Of a DNA stretch of 64,000 nt, positions 1-9,690 are shown piece after piece; position 1 is the first letter of the stretch; every line of letters starts with the position of its first letter. The stretch lies in IMG/VR virus record IMGVR_UViG_3300048575_000392, positions 12,145 through 76,144 of that record; one strand, written 5' to 3'. Below the pieces are notes generated by a model. That model was not told the DNA's origin, did no database searches, and worked only from the letters and a program-made list of their open reading frames with translations. The DNA comes from a virus. Taxonomy: Duplodnaviria > Caudoviricetes. The position numbers and the translations under genes are program-made.

Positions 1-812
1 GGCGCCTGCCGAGCAAAGATCACGTACTTGCCGGAATCGCAATCCCACCTCCCAAAAAGCTCATACAACGGCGGCGGGATGATCGACTGCCAAATCTGCC
101 AGATATTGTTCTCGCCGACATGATAGAGGCCTATCGCAAGGTCGTACCAGCTTTCGATTGAATCCGACATGCCCTTGTCTAGGTCGAGGTAGTTGTCGAT
201 GAGGACCTTTACCCCGTAGTTCATGGTTCCAGAATCCGGAACGGTCACCAGCTTGATGAAGCTGTCATAGATCGTTTTCAGCGTGGCCTTAAGCTTCCTG
301 CCAGCCTTGCTCTCGAGCTCAATGATGAGTTGCTTCGATGCCGTCTCGGCATCAGCGCCGTTCACCCAAAGGTGGTAGTTCATTACGAGCTGGAACGAGG
401 CGATGAGATGCCCAAAGCCGTTCCCCGAGATGATGACGCTTCTCGATGGGCCGTCTTGGCCCATGCGGGCAGAATATCTCACCTGATGGACGACGCCGCA
501 GTACCGGACCTTTCCGAATTCCTCAATGAATACGAGGTCCATCTTGGATATCTTGTCTAGCCAGGTGAGGCCGTTCTTATCCATCTCGGGAAGCACGGAC
601 ATCGAGAAAGGCGAGTCCACACTGACGATGGACTCGGTATAGGAGTAGGAAAGGAGCGCGTCCGCCTCGGCCTCGCTCGCCTTCGCCTTCGCATCCTCCG
701 AGACCGGCCGGGGGACAAAAGTGACGATCGTGGTCTCCTTGTAGGTAGTCGAGGTGTAGTCGGGACGAACCACCTTGATCGAGAGGGTCGGTCTCCGCTT
801 GATGTAGTCCAT
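1..812 (-). CDS. Tail/baseplate hub-like structural protein, 3'-truncated by the window edge
   Basis: Manually read open frame starting MDYIKRRPTLSIKVVRPDY; its ATG overlaps the tape measure stop (TAATG); no stop before base 1; position follows the tape measure gene. Confidence 0.6.
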   Translation of the reverse strand, partial: MDYIKRRPTLSIKVVRPDYTSTTYKETTIVTFVPRPVSEDAKAKASEAEADALLSYSYTESIVSVDSPFSMSVLPEMDKNGLTWLDKISKMDLVFIEEFGKVRYCGVVHQVRYSARMGQDGPSRSVIISGNGFGHLIASFQLVMNYHLWVNGADAETASKQLIIELESKAGRKLKATLKTIYDSFIKLVTVPDSGTMNYGVKVLIDNYLDLDKGMSDSIESWYDLAIGLYHVGENNIWQIWQSIIPPPLYELFGRWDCDSGKYVIFARQA

Positions 813-3121
813 TATTTCTTCGCCCCCGGTTCGGTGACCACTTCGAGGTACATGTTCTCCGCGGCCCGCTGCATCGCCTTCGAAGTCTCGCCCATGTTGG
901 CCTGGAACTCGCTCAGGACCGCCCGAAGCATCGCCACGCCCTCGTCACGGGTAACCGCGGAGCCGCCCGGCGAGTCGGGCTTCGTTGCGGCGGAGCGTGC
1001 ATCATCGAATGCCCGGAGCGCCTTGGCCCCGCCCACCGTGGCGAAGAACTCGTCCGGGCCGCCCTTGTAGCGGTTCCAGATCGAGTCCATAAGAATCTTC
1101 GCCTCTTCGTTCCCAGAGGCAGCTGCGTTCGCAATGTATTGATGAGCGTCCCCACCAGGACGAGTAACCTTCTTCCCCATGACGGTTCCGGAAGCTGAAC
1201 CTTTATAGGACCAGGGGACGGCGGCCGCGAATGCAGCGCCTGCGCCCTCGTCGTCCATGCGATCCACACTTGCCGAGTATTTTGAATATTCGGAGGCGAT
1301 CGTCTTGTTTCCAAAGAGCCCTTGGAGTGTCTGTTCCAAGGCGGGGATCGACTCAAGCCCCTTCCCCTTGAACATGCCGTTCAGAACGTTGTTCTCGTCG
1401 AGGAACGACGACTGCCTCGTCGATAGCGAGCTGATCCAGCTCAGGATGCCGCCGGCGGCGTTCTGTTCGTCGGGCGTGCCCTCCTTGAAGGCCTTCTGGA
1501 GGAGCGCCACCATCGTGTCTCGGTCCGCCTTGTCCGCACTGCTCCCGGCCACCTTCTCGGTCATGCGCCCCAGGCTCGCCTTCCAGCGGTCGCCAGCCAC
1601 GGCCGCGACGATGGAATTCAGCGCGCTCATCACCTCTACCTTGCCAGGGAGCACCCACTTCCCGATGTTCGCGACGTTCGTGCGGATATCCTGTTGCAGG
1701 CTCAAGAGCTTCTGCTCGGGAGACTCAGCGCTGGCCGGTTCCTTAATCGTCGACACGGCCCCCTTATAGGACCCGCTCAAGTAGGAATCGTACACGTCGG
1801 ACGCTGCATTATAGTTGATACCGTACTGCTTCCGGATGCCTTCGATGACGCCGGGCCGGTTCTGCGTCCCCCCCGCGATCTGCGTCACGATCGTCTTCAT
1901 CTGCTGCTCGAAGAGCTCGGGCGTAAGGCCGCCTTCCATGGCGCGCATGACCTCGACATAGCTGCCCGAGCCGTACTTGGCATACTGACTCCAGGCGCCG
2001 TCCTTGTCGTCCTTGAAGCCGCGGCTCCGCGCCTTGTCGATCGTCGACCGCATCGCCTGGTAGGTGATCACGTCATACTCGCGCTCGAGGCTCGTCGCCC
2101 CGGTCACGGAGTCGCTCATCTGCCGATAGCGCTGGTATCCCTGCTCGCCCTTCCAAAGCTGGCTCCCGTTCCCGAGGGCCGCGACAAAGTTCTGGGTCCG
2201 CGTCACCTCACCAAATCCCTTCACGACGCCCTTGGAGAGCCCCTCCTCGAAGATGCGCAGGGTCGCGTTGAGGTACTCCTGGTACTGACCCTGCTGCATC
2301 CCGGACGCTTCCGTGCCGCCGAGGCCGTAGCCCAGGGCGTTCCCCGCGTTGTAGCGCCTCCCGAGCGCCTCGGCCTGCATGAGGAGGCTCCGGTCGGCGC
2401 CGGTACCTCGCTCGTACTGAAAGACGTGAGAGGCGGCGCCATAAGCGCCGTAGCTGGTCACGCCGAGCTTGGCGAGCTGCTCGACGGCCGTCATGCCTTC
2501 CTCGATCGTGAATCCGAACCTGGACGCCGACTTGGCGGCCATGTTGAACGCGAGGCTGATGGCGTCGGAGTTTTCCTGATACTTGCCCGAGAGGGCCCCC
2601 AGCGTGGCCGCGAGGCGCATCGCGGGCTGCATGACCTTCTCATACTGCTCGGAGAGCTTGTTCGCCGCCATGCCGGCGGCCACTACTGCGACACCGACGC
2701 CGGCCGCGGCCAGGGCCCCGGTCGACACTCCGCCGGCGGCGGCGGTCTCTCCTGCCTTGGCCGCATCCCCGGCGATGCCGAGCGCGGCCCCCGCGGGGTT
2801 CCCACCGCCCATGGCGCCGATATAGTTCGGAGCCCGGCTGATGACCTTCGTCGCATTCTCGAGGACGCGAAAGAGGGGGCTCTGCTTCAAGGCGGAGACA
2901 GCGGTAGTAGTGGCCGTCTGCTCCTCGGCATCCTGCATGCCCACGGCCTTCTTGTATTTGAGAAGGGCGCTGGCATAGTCCGTCACGCCTTTCGTGTCCC
3001 CCGCGATGGCCGCCTTCTGCATGGCCTGCCCGAGGGAGCCGAGAGCTTGAGTAAGCTGATTCGCATTCGATACGGCGTCGCCCGTTTCCAGTCTTGCACG
3101 TATCGCTATCTCATCGCTCAT
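812..3121 (-). CDS. Tape measure protein
   Basis: 769 aa, Ala/Gly-rich and helical; follows the chaperone pair, tube and sheath genes. Confidence 0.8.
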   Translation of the reverse strand: MSDEIAIRARLETGDAVSNANQLTQALGSLGQAMQKAAIAGDTKGVTDYASALLKYKKAVGMQDAEEQTATTTAVSALKQSPLFRVLENATKVISRAPNYIGAMGGGNPAGAALGIAGDAAKAGETAAAGGVSTGALAAAGVGVAVVAAGMAANKLSEQYEKVMQPAMRLAATLGALSGKYQENSDAISLAFNMAAKSASRFGFTIEEGMTAVEQLAKLGVTSYGAYGAASHVFQYERGTGADRSLLMQAEALGRRYNAGNALGYGLGGTEASGMQQGQYQEYLNATLRIFEEGLSKGVVKGFGEVTRTQNFVAALGNGSQLWKGEQGYQRYRQMSDSVTGATSLEREYDVITYQAMRSTIDKARSRGFKDDKDGAWSQYAKYGSGSYVEVMRAMEGGLTPELFEQQMKTIVTQIAGGTQNRPGVIEGIRKQYGINYNAASDVYDSYLSGSYKGAVSTIKEPASAESPEQKLLSLQQDIRTNVANIGKWVLPGKVEVMSALNSIVAAVAGDRWKASLGRMTEKVAGSSADKADRDTMVALLQKAFKEGTPDEQNAAGGILSWISSLSTRQSSFLDENNVLNGMFKGKGLESIPALEQTLQGLFGNKTIASEYSKYSASVDRMDDEGAGAAFAAAVPWSYKGSASGTVMGKKVTRPGGDAHQYIANAAASGNEEAKILMDSIWNRYKGGPDEFFATVGGAKALRAFDDARSAATKPDSPGGSAVTRDEGVAMLRAVLSEFQANMGETSKAMQRAAENMYLEVVTEPGAKK

Positions 3122-3390
3122 CGAAACGACCTCTTGATATCCGCTATCTCGCTCTCGGAATACCCGAGGGCCCTGAGCTCTGCCTCGTCGAACTGCGGTT
3201 TCTGCCGCCGCTCATGCCACGCCTCACGTATGGCTTTCTCGTCGTACTGCGCCCAGAAATGGAACAGAATAGACGCCTGGGCGTCACTTAGCCGGTCGAG
3301 CTTCGGGTCCGTAGGCAAGACCCGAAAATGCTCCATCACCCACAGGCGCTGAAGCAGGAGCGGGTTCGACTCGTCCAGGGATTTCGCCAA
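3118..3390 (-). CDS. Tail assembly chaperone, downstream (T-like) ORF; possibly reached by frameshift
   Basis: LWVMEHFRVLPTDPKLDRLSD resembles the pre-tape-measure ORF of SPO1/Twort-like phages; TTG start with no clear RBS; overlaps the upstream ORF by 107 nt. Confidence 0.65.
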   Translation of the reverse strand: MAKSLDESNPLLLQRLWVMEHFRVLPTDPKLDRLSDAQASILFHFWAQYDEKAIREAWHERRQKPQFDEAELRALGYSESEIADIKRSFR

Positions 3391-3853
3391 GTCGAGATTC
3401 TCGAATTCGCTTCTGCACGTCTCCGCGAAACGTCTCGACCAGATGATAGAGTTCGGTTACGAACTCCTCATCCGGGCACTCCTCCCAAGTCCAGTTCGGA
3501 TTCTCATCCCTGGCGGACTTGAACCAGTCCGGGCCGTTGATGATAGTCACGTCGAGCGTCGACCACACCTCGTTGTTGTAAAGGGCTCCGATGTCGAAGG
3601 TCGAGGCAGGAATTCCCCCTCGCCTAAGTGCGCGGAGATGGTCGATGCGCAGCCGGTCCTTCCCTGACGGGTATCGAGCGGTAAAGACCCCGCGTCGTGT
3701 CTCGATCTTCTTCTCGATCGCCTTTCCGAGGAGGAGAACGCCGAGCACGTCGATTCCGTCCGTCTTGCCAGCGTCGACAGGGGGCGCTTTCTCGGGGGCA
3801 GCGGCCGCCTCTTTGGGCTTGTCCACTATGTCGAACTCGAGTTCGTTGGTCAT
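3284..3853 (-). CDS. Tail assembly chaperone (G-like)
   Basis: 189 aa between tube and tape measure genes; GGAG RBS. Confidence 0.65.
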   Translation of the reverse strand: MTNELEFDIVDKPKEAAAAPEKAPPVDAGKTDGIDVLGVLLLGKAIEKKIETRRGVFTARYPSGKDRLRIDHLRALRRGGIPASTFDIGALYNNEVWSTLDVTIINGPDWFKSARDENPNWTWEECPDEEFVTELYHLVETFRGDVQKRIRESRLGEIPGRVEPAPASAPVGDGAFSGLAYGPEARPAK

Positions 3854-3935
3854 ACATACTCCTAAGGCTTTTTATTGCCCCTCCTTCAGAGGGAGAAGGC
3901 GGCCAGGGCCCCGAGGAGTCCCGGCCGCCATGAAC

Positions 3936-4421
3936 CTACAGCGTCCGCTCGAGAGAGCGGAGCTGGATGTTCGCCTTCGCGTAGGCGTTCCCGTCGATGT
4001 TCATGCCGTCATTCGTGACGATGACGCCCGAGAAGGCCGCGAGGACCACCCCCTCTTTCTGGTTGTAGAAGTCGAGGTACTGGAACCCCTTCGGCTTACC
4101 GGCCGTCATCACGTCGGTGCGGGTCGGCAGGAGCTCGGAGAGCGTGACGTTTCCGCCGCCCTCGTACTGCTGCGACCCGGTGACGCGCTTGGCCGGGATG
4201 AAGGTGCCGATGGTGATCTCGCAGTTGTAGCCGTTCGGGTCGATCGAGACCGGGCCGAGATGGCCAATGACGACTGCATCCTGCACCTGGAAGTTCTCCG
4301 AGTAGGAGACGTTCGTCGCAAGCCCGATCACCTTCTCGGGCGTCGCGGAGTTGATGCCGACGCGGACCTGTACGTTCGCCCCGGTCGCTATGATCTGCTC
4401 TTTGATATTGGGCAGGGCCAT
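3936..4421 (-). CDS. Tail tube protein
   Basis: 161 aa, beta-rich, directly downstream of the sheath gene. Confidence 0.75.
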   Translation of the reverse strand: MALPNIKEQIIATGANVQVRVGINSATPEKVIGLATNVSYSENFQVQDAVVIGHLGPVSIDPNGYNCEITIGTFIPAKRVTGSQQYEGGGNVTLSELLPTRTDVMTAGKPKGFQYLDFYNQKEGVVLAAFSGVIVTNDGMNIDGNAYAKANIQLRSLERTL

Positions 4422-4432
4422 TCAGTTCCTCC

Positions 4433-6166
4433 TTAGACCGAGACGGATTCGGTCGATCCCTCGTAGACGTGCTGGTTCGCGGTGATGAAGAAGAAGTTCT
4501 TCGGCGCCGTGAGGTAGGTGTGGTACTCGATGTAGGTCGCGCTTCCGCTTCTCCTGATCACGAGTCCCCAGGCGAGGCTTCCGTCGTCGGCCTTCACGAT
4601 GAGGCCTTCCCCGTGCCAGGACTTCACCTTGGTCCAGAAAATGGCCTCCTCGGTGCCTCCGGAGGAGTCGTCGCCAGCGGAGCCGACGCTCTTCGAGATG
4701 GCCTCGCGCAGGTCCCGCGACATGTAGTTGGACTCGCGCCTCATGGAGCGCTCGCAGCGCTGGAGCTCGTTCCCCTGATAGGTCGTGAGCGAGCGAATCG
4801 TCGCCAGGCGGTTGTCCTGGCTCTTTCCGCCCGCGGTGACGCCGGCCTGGATGAGCTTCACGAGGTCGCCCTTCTTGAGGTCTGCCTCCCACGAGAGGAT
4901 GTCCACGCTTTTATTGGTCATCGGCTCGTTGATGGCGAGGGCCACCTCCTGGCCGATGAGCTTCGCTGCGTACATAGCCGGGCTGTACGTCTTCTTGACC
5001 GAGTAGTCGCTGAAGTCGTAGTGGACGAATCCGGGGTACGCGAGGGAGCCAGTGTCTGTGGCGAGGTTTTTTGCCCGCATGATGGCCTGATCGACCGTCT
5101 CGCCGGCGGCTCCTCCGACAAGGAACATGCGCTCCTTGCGGCCTTCTACGGACGACATGTTGATGCAGTGGTTCCTGATGAGGATGTGCACGGCCTCGTC
5201 GGTAGCCGAGCTTCCGATGATCTGCACGTCCTCGTTCTCGAGGGCGCTCAGGGACGCGGTGTACTCGGTCACCGTGCAGGCGCCGTGCGATCCGCCAGAG
5301 AAGTACACCCAATCGGTGTCCACGTCGGGAACGACGCGCGTCGGGGCCGCGTCCACGAAGACCGCGGAGTAGACGTAGGGGTTCTTGGCGATCGCTTCGA
5401 TGACGGCCTGGAGGTTCGAGTAGGCCACATAGGACGCGGCCTTGATGGCCTGCCCGGTCACGCCGTCGAGGTGGGCCGACTTCTGGGTCAGGTCGCCCGT
5501 CTTGGCCACGCAGGTGTAAGCCGAGTGGTCGTTGATGTAGCTCACGAGGTCCTCTATCGTCGGGAAAGAGGCGAAGTCGACGTTCAGGCTATCGTCGGCT
5601 CCCGTGACCGTCGTGGTAAGGCTCGTCTTCGAGATCGACATGGTGGCCGCGGAGCCCGCTCCTACGTACTGAATCTCGATCGAGGGGCGCACGATGTTGT
5701 CGATCGCCGACTCGCTTCCGAGGAAGGAGAGGGTGACCTTCTTCGACCCGGCCGCGGTTCCGGCCTCGAGCTTCATCTTGAGCTGGTTCGTGTGGAGGCC
5801 CCAGTCCCAGGCCTTGACCAGGATGACATCCGTCGTGCTGGCCTTAAGGGCCCGGCTCGACTGGGTTCCGGGGTTGGTGCGCATCGCACCGACCATCTGG
5901 GGAACCAGGTCGCCGCCGGGAGAGAAGGCGCAGAGAACGGCCTCGAGGAGAGGGCCGCTCCTGAGCGTGTCTATCGCCTCGGAGGGCGAGTAGAACCAGT
6001 AGAACGTGTTGGGCTTGCCGCCCTTCGACTCTCCGATGAACACGGCGCGATTCGCCGAGACCCCGCCACCCGCGCTCTTCACGTAATTCGTGCGAGAGTA
6101 TGCGCCGGGGATATAATGCTCCGTCCGCTGTCCGGCCGACTGGAACGGTACGCTGTCGACACCCAT
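4433..6166 (-). CDS. Contractile tail sheath protein
   Basis: 577 aa; N-terminal HYIPGAYSR and C-terminal sheath-like pattern; GGAGG RBS. Confidence 0.85.
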   Translation of the reverse strand: MGVDSVPFQSAGQRTEHYIPGAYSRTNYVKSAGGGVSANRAVFIGESKGGKPNTFYWFYSPSEAIDTLRSGPLLEAVLCAFSPGGDLVPQMVGAMRTNPGTQSSRALKASTTDVILVKAWDWGLHTNQLKMKLEAGTAAGSKKVTLSFLGSESAIDNIVRPSIEIQYVGAGSAATMSISKTSLTTTVTGADDSLNVDFASFPTIEDLVSYINDHSAYTCVAKTGDLTQKSAHLDGVTGQAIKAASYVAYSNLQAVIEAIAKNPYVYSAVFVDAAPTRVVPDVDTDWVYFSGGSHGACTVTEYTASLSALENEDVQIIGSSATDEAVHILIRNHCINMSSVEGRKERMFLVGGAAGETVDQAIMRAKNLATDTGSLAYPGFVHYDFSDYSVKKTYSPAMYAAKLIGQEVALAINEPMTNKSVDILSWEADLKKGDLVKLIQAGVTAGGKSQDNRLATIRSLTTYQGNELQRCERSMRRESNYMSRDLREAISKSVGSAGDDSSGGTEEAIFWTKVKSWHGEGLIVKADDGSLAWGLVIRRSGSATYIEYHTYLTAPKNFFFITANQHVYEGSTESVSV

Positions 6167-6184
6167 GAATTACCTCCTTGCTTC

Positions 6185-6388
6185 CTAGAAGACCCTGCGG
6201 TTGATGACCGATTCGATTTCAGTTTTCCAATCGGCCTCGGTCTTGATCTTGCCCCGATACATGACCTTGAGCATGTCGCCGATGCTCTTGTCTTTCGGGT
6301 TCTTCACCAAGTAGCGGTTGATGTCCATGACGGGAACCGCTACCTCTTCCGTGGTGGTGTTGTCACCATCGCCGCTACTCTTAGCCAT
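6185..6388 (-). CDS. Small hypothetical virion-module protein
   Basis: 67 aa with GGAGG RBS, coupled to its neighbours. Confidence 0.55.
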   Translation of the reverse strand: MAKSSGDGDNTTTEEVAVPVMDINRYLVKNPKDKSIGDMLKVMYRGKIKTEADWKTEIESVINRRVF

Positions 6389-7082
6389 TCAATACCTCCG
6401 CCCATACGGATTCGTTGAGCTCTTGAAGATTGGAATCGAGTATTGTCTGCTCGATCCAGTAATCGGCCTCGAACGAGACCTGTCCCCCGTAGAGAATCTG
6501 CCCAAAGTCGAGGTTGTAGTTCCCGCTTCGCTGCCCCCTGATCGTGTCGTCGAAGACCGTGATGCCCTGCTTTTTGCTCAGCTCCACGCGCCTCGGCCCG
6601 CAGAAGAAGAGCTCGACGAGGTTGTAGAGCTCGTTCTTGAGCTGGATGTTCTCGCTCCAAATCTCGACCGTCACACGGTCCCGCCTCGGCCCGAAGCCTG
6701 TTACCCCGTAGAGCGCGGAATGGCTGGCGAAATAGGTCTTGAGCCAGGCCAGGGCCCCCGTGGAGATCTGGTACCCGGCGCCGACGATCTGATCCACATC
6801 GGCGGATACAAGGGTGCAGCTCTTCCACTCGTGGACCTCGGCGAGCTGGGGCACCTTCTCATCGCTTCCGGAGACGACCGTGATCGAGGGGAAGAGCTGC
6901 CCGTCGTAGATGGTCCCGTTCGACTTCTGGTTCAGAAGCTGAGCGAACGGATGCTCGTTGGAGACCCGGACGCTTCCGATCACGGGGTACAGCTCATCAA
7001 AGCGAACGTCGGCGAGATACTTCTTGAGCTCTTCGATGAGCACGTCCTCTATGAGGGCGCCCTTGTTCATGATGACTATCAT
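6381..7082 (-). CDS. Putative tail terminator/neck protein
   Basis: 233 aa just upstream of the sheath gene; synteny with SPO1-like neck genes. Confidence 0.5.
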   Translation of the reverse strand: MIVIMNKGALIEDVLIEELKKYLADVRFDELYPVIGSVRVSNEHPFAQLLNQKSNGTIYDGQLFPSITVVSGSDEKVPQLAEVHEWKSCTLVSADVDQIVGAGYQISTGALAWLKTYFASHSALYGVTGFGPRRDRVTVEIWSENIQLKNELYNLVELFFCGPRRVELSKKQGITVFDDTIRGQRSGNYNLDFGQILYGGQVSFEADYWIEQTILDSNLQELNESVWAEVLNG

Positions 7083-7930
7083 GCCAACCCCAAATCGGTC
7101 TTGAGCGCGTCCTCGACCATTTCAGAGATGATGTCGCGCGAGTTCTCGGCGACGTGCTTTGCGACGTTCCGCGCCGGCGTCGCGGGGCGTATCCAGGACC
7201 CCTCGGGCGAATCCGCGGAGATGACCCGGAAGGTGAAATAGGTCGAACCGGACTTCTTCGCGGAGTCGGCATCCATTACCGAGAGCCCCTCGATGTCTCC
7301 GCCTACCCCGCGCAGCATGGAGCCCCAGTCGGGCCGCCCGTTCTCCCCCTGATAGTTCGCGCGCTGGACCGCCTCGCCCCAGAAGTTCGGCTCGACATGA
7401 GTCTCCTCAGCGACCTGCGTGCGGATGAAGGACCCGGCCTTGATCTGCGTCCGGAGCATTGCGTAAATCTGCTCCGGGATGATGTTCCGGAAGTGCCCGC
7501 TCGAGGCCCCCGGCGTCCCCCAGCGGAAGGGGACGATGAGATAGGGGACCCAGCGCGGGTTGGTTCGAGTTCCCTTGTTCGCCACGCGTCCCTTGTTTCC
7601 GTAGGGGTGGGTCTGCTTCATGTCGAGCTGAGGGGTCCCGTTTTCGATGCCCGCGGCCACCTTCGAGTCGTTGTAGACCGTGTAGTCGAAGGGCCCCGAC
7701 TGCTTCACCTTGACCCCGGCGGCATATCCCCCCGTCGGATTCTTTACGCGGTAGGAGGTTCCGGGGATCGGGGCTCCCATCGCATAGGACTTCCAAGTCG
7801 CCTCCACGATCTTCACGCCGGCCTTGAATGCCTCCTCGGTCGCGGGCATCGCGCCCGCCCCGATCGTGCTCATGCGCGCCTGAAGCGCTGCGAGGTAGCT
7901 GTTTTTCGGCACTACGGAGAGTTGGATCAT
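7079..7930 (-). CDS. Putative neck/tail-completion protein
   Basis: 283 aa, coupled by ATGA overlaps; contains YLIVPFRW and SWIRP, resembling SPO1/K-like neck proteins. Confidence 0.5.
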   Translation of the reverse strand: MIQLSVVPKNSYLAALQARMSTIGAGAMPATEEAFKAGVKIVEATWKSYAMGAPIPGTSYRVKNPTGGYAAGVKVKQSGPFDYTVYNDSKVAAGIENGTPQLDMKQTHPYGNKGRVANKGTRTNPRWVPYLIVPFRWGTPGASSGHFRNIIPEQIYAMLRTQIKAGSFIRTQVAEETHVEPNFWGEAVQRANYQGENGRPDWGSMLRGVGGDIEGLSVMDADSAKKSGSTYFTFRVISADSPEGSWIRPATPARNVAKHVAENSRDIISEMVEDALKTDLGLA

Positions 7931-9072
7931 ATCGCCTTCCTCTCCGCATACGTCGAGAGAAGCTTCAGCGCGACACGGCGCGGAAGGTTCTGGTTCTCTC
8001 CCGATCGAACGTTCGGGAATTCCTTCACGACCCGGTAGGTCGGATTGAACTCATAGAACACGAAGTACGCGGCCCCGGCGGCCGGGCGGTTGCTCCCCAG
8101 CCAGCGTATCTTGTTCGCCCCCCAGAGCATGTAGTCCACGTTCGGCAGGTAGATCGCGCTTCCGCTCTCGATTGCCGGAATGGAACCAATGTAGAACTCG
8201 GGGAGCGCGTCGATGTCGCTAGACCCCCGCGAGATGATGCGCTTTCCGACCTGGGTCGCGGCGAGGAGCGTCACGATGTCGCCCTCGCCGACCTTGTAGC
8301 TCTCCGGGAAGGACATGCTGGCGTCGCCCTGCGCCATTTCCAGGAACCGGGCGTCTGACTCACGGTATTGCTGCCCGGTGACAACGAAGAAGGCCGGCTC
8401 GATGTACTCAACATCGGTTGCGGCCAGGACATCCCCAGTCGCGGGTGCGGCGGCGACGACCGCGAAGGCGAGGTTCCTTCTCGTCGTGGACACCGCGTAC
8501 TCGATGGCCTGCGTCTCGTTCTTGAGCGACCCAATGGATACGATGTCCGCATTCGTCTCCTTGTCCGAAGCGACGCCGGCTGCTCCCGCGATCGAGAGCC
8601 CGTCGAGCGAGAAACAGCCGTTCCCCAGGTAGGTAGCGATGGCCCGGTCGAGCTTCTTGACGAGGGGCTTCATGACCGTCAGGTCGAAGCGTTCGCCCTT
8701 CGCCGGAGTTCTCGCGCCGGCGAGACGGACGAATCGGCCGTATCGGCCAACCTCTTTGAACAGCCCGCCCTTGTAATCGTGAGCCTCGAGCACCGAGGCG
8801 CCCGAATATGACTCCGGAAGCTCGACGACAAAACCATCCGCGACCACAAGGGAAAGCGTCTCCTCGATGGTCTTCTGGAATCGATACTGCCATCCCTCGC
8901 CGCCACAGAGACGGCACTGGATGTCGGGGCGGCCGTTCTTGAGTGTGCAGGAGCACCGGATAGCCTGGAGCCATCGAACCCACTGCCCGTGGCGCTCGAT
9001 GAGGGCCTCGTAGTTGTCCTTCCCAAGGCTGAGGTGGACCGGGGAATTCTTGCCGAGCCCCTGGTTCTTCAT
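7927..9072 (-). CDS. Putative head-completion protein
   Basis: 381 aa; N-terminal CSC-x10-CRLCGGEGW Zn motif, as in SPO1/K-like post-capsid genes. Confidence 0.55.
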   Translation of the reverse strand: MKNQGLGKNSPVHLSLGKDNYEALIERHGQWVRWLQAIRCSCTLKNGRPDIQCRLCGGEGWQYRFQKTIEETLSLVVADGFVVELPESYSGASVLEAHDYKGGLFKEVGRYGRFVRLAGARTPAKGERFDLTVMKPLVKKLDRAIATYLGNGCFSLDGLSIAGAAGVASDKETNADIVSIGSLKNETQAIEYAVSTTRRNLAFAVVAAAPATGDVLAATDVEYIEPAFFVVTGQQYRESDARFLEMAQGDASMSFPESYKVGEGDIVTLLAATQVGKRIISRGSSDIDALPEFYIGSIPAIESGSAIYLPNVDYMLWGANKIRWLGSNRPAAGAAYFVFYEFNPTYRVVKEFPNVRSGENQNLPRRVALKLLSTYAERKAI

Positions 9073-9689
9073 ACCGAGAGCTCCTCGTAGAAATGCGGTT
9101 GGGCCGTGCTTCCGGTTCGGACCACAGGGAAGCCGCGGCGGGAGAATCCGTCGACGACACCCTCGTGCTGCCCGACGCGCACGCGGGACCCCTTCTTGAG
9201 CTGGAGCATGGCCGTCTTCCGGTTGTTCAGCATCGCCACGGCCTTGTCGGTCTTCTCGTGATATTCCCGCTGGTAGTCGGCGGCGTTCTGGGGATGGTCC
9301 TTCATCATCTTGAGGTACCAGGCCGTCTGGTAGTCGACCTCGATGTCCTTCTCCTTCGTGTCCCGGTCGAATTGGTAGTTCTTGTACTTCGCCTCGATGC
9401 GCTTCGCGAGCTCGGGATCGTAGGCCGCCACATGGCCGACGAGGGGCTTGATCTGGTAGTCCTCCGCCACGCGGTCGAGGTGGTCGAAGTAGCCGCGGTC
9501 GCCGTTCTTGGACGGCCCGCCGGCGGCGGTCCCCGTGAAGAGGTTCGCCTGTCCCTTTAGATGCCCTTCGTTCCGGTCTTCAGGAGAGACCCAGTAGGTC
9601 ATAGAGCGCCCGTCGGCGCGGGTGATCTTCTCGGGCACGAGCCGACCGTACTCCTTCGATTTGGCCATCATGGGGATGCACAGCGTCAT
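9069..9689 (-). CDS. Hypothetical protein carrying the shared cargo N-terminal module and a C-terminal SH3/KOW-like segment
   Basis: IPMMAKSKEYGRLVPEKITRADGRSMTYWVSP matches the module in the polyvalent proteins. Confidence 0.6.
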   Translation of the reverse strand: MTLCIPMMAKSKEYGRLVPEKITRADGRSMTYWVSPEDRNEGHLKGQANLFTGTAAGGPSKNGDRGYFDHLDRVAEDYQIKPLVGHVAAYDPELAKRIEAKYKNYQFDRDTKEKDIEVDYQTAWYLKMMKDHPQNAADYQREYHEKTDKAVAMLNNRKTAMLQLKKGSRVRVGQHEGVVDGFSRRGFPVVRTGSTAQPHFYEELSV

Positions 9690-9690
9690 G

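Noticed and set aside
330-560. + strand 76-aa ORF
   Set aside because: Antisense to the partial tail/baseplate gene read manually on the minus strand.
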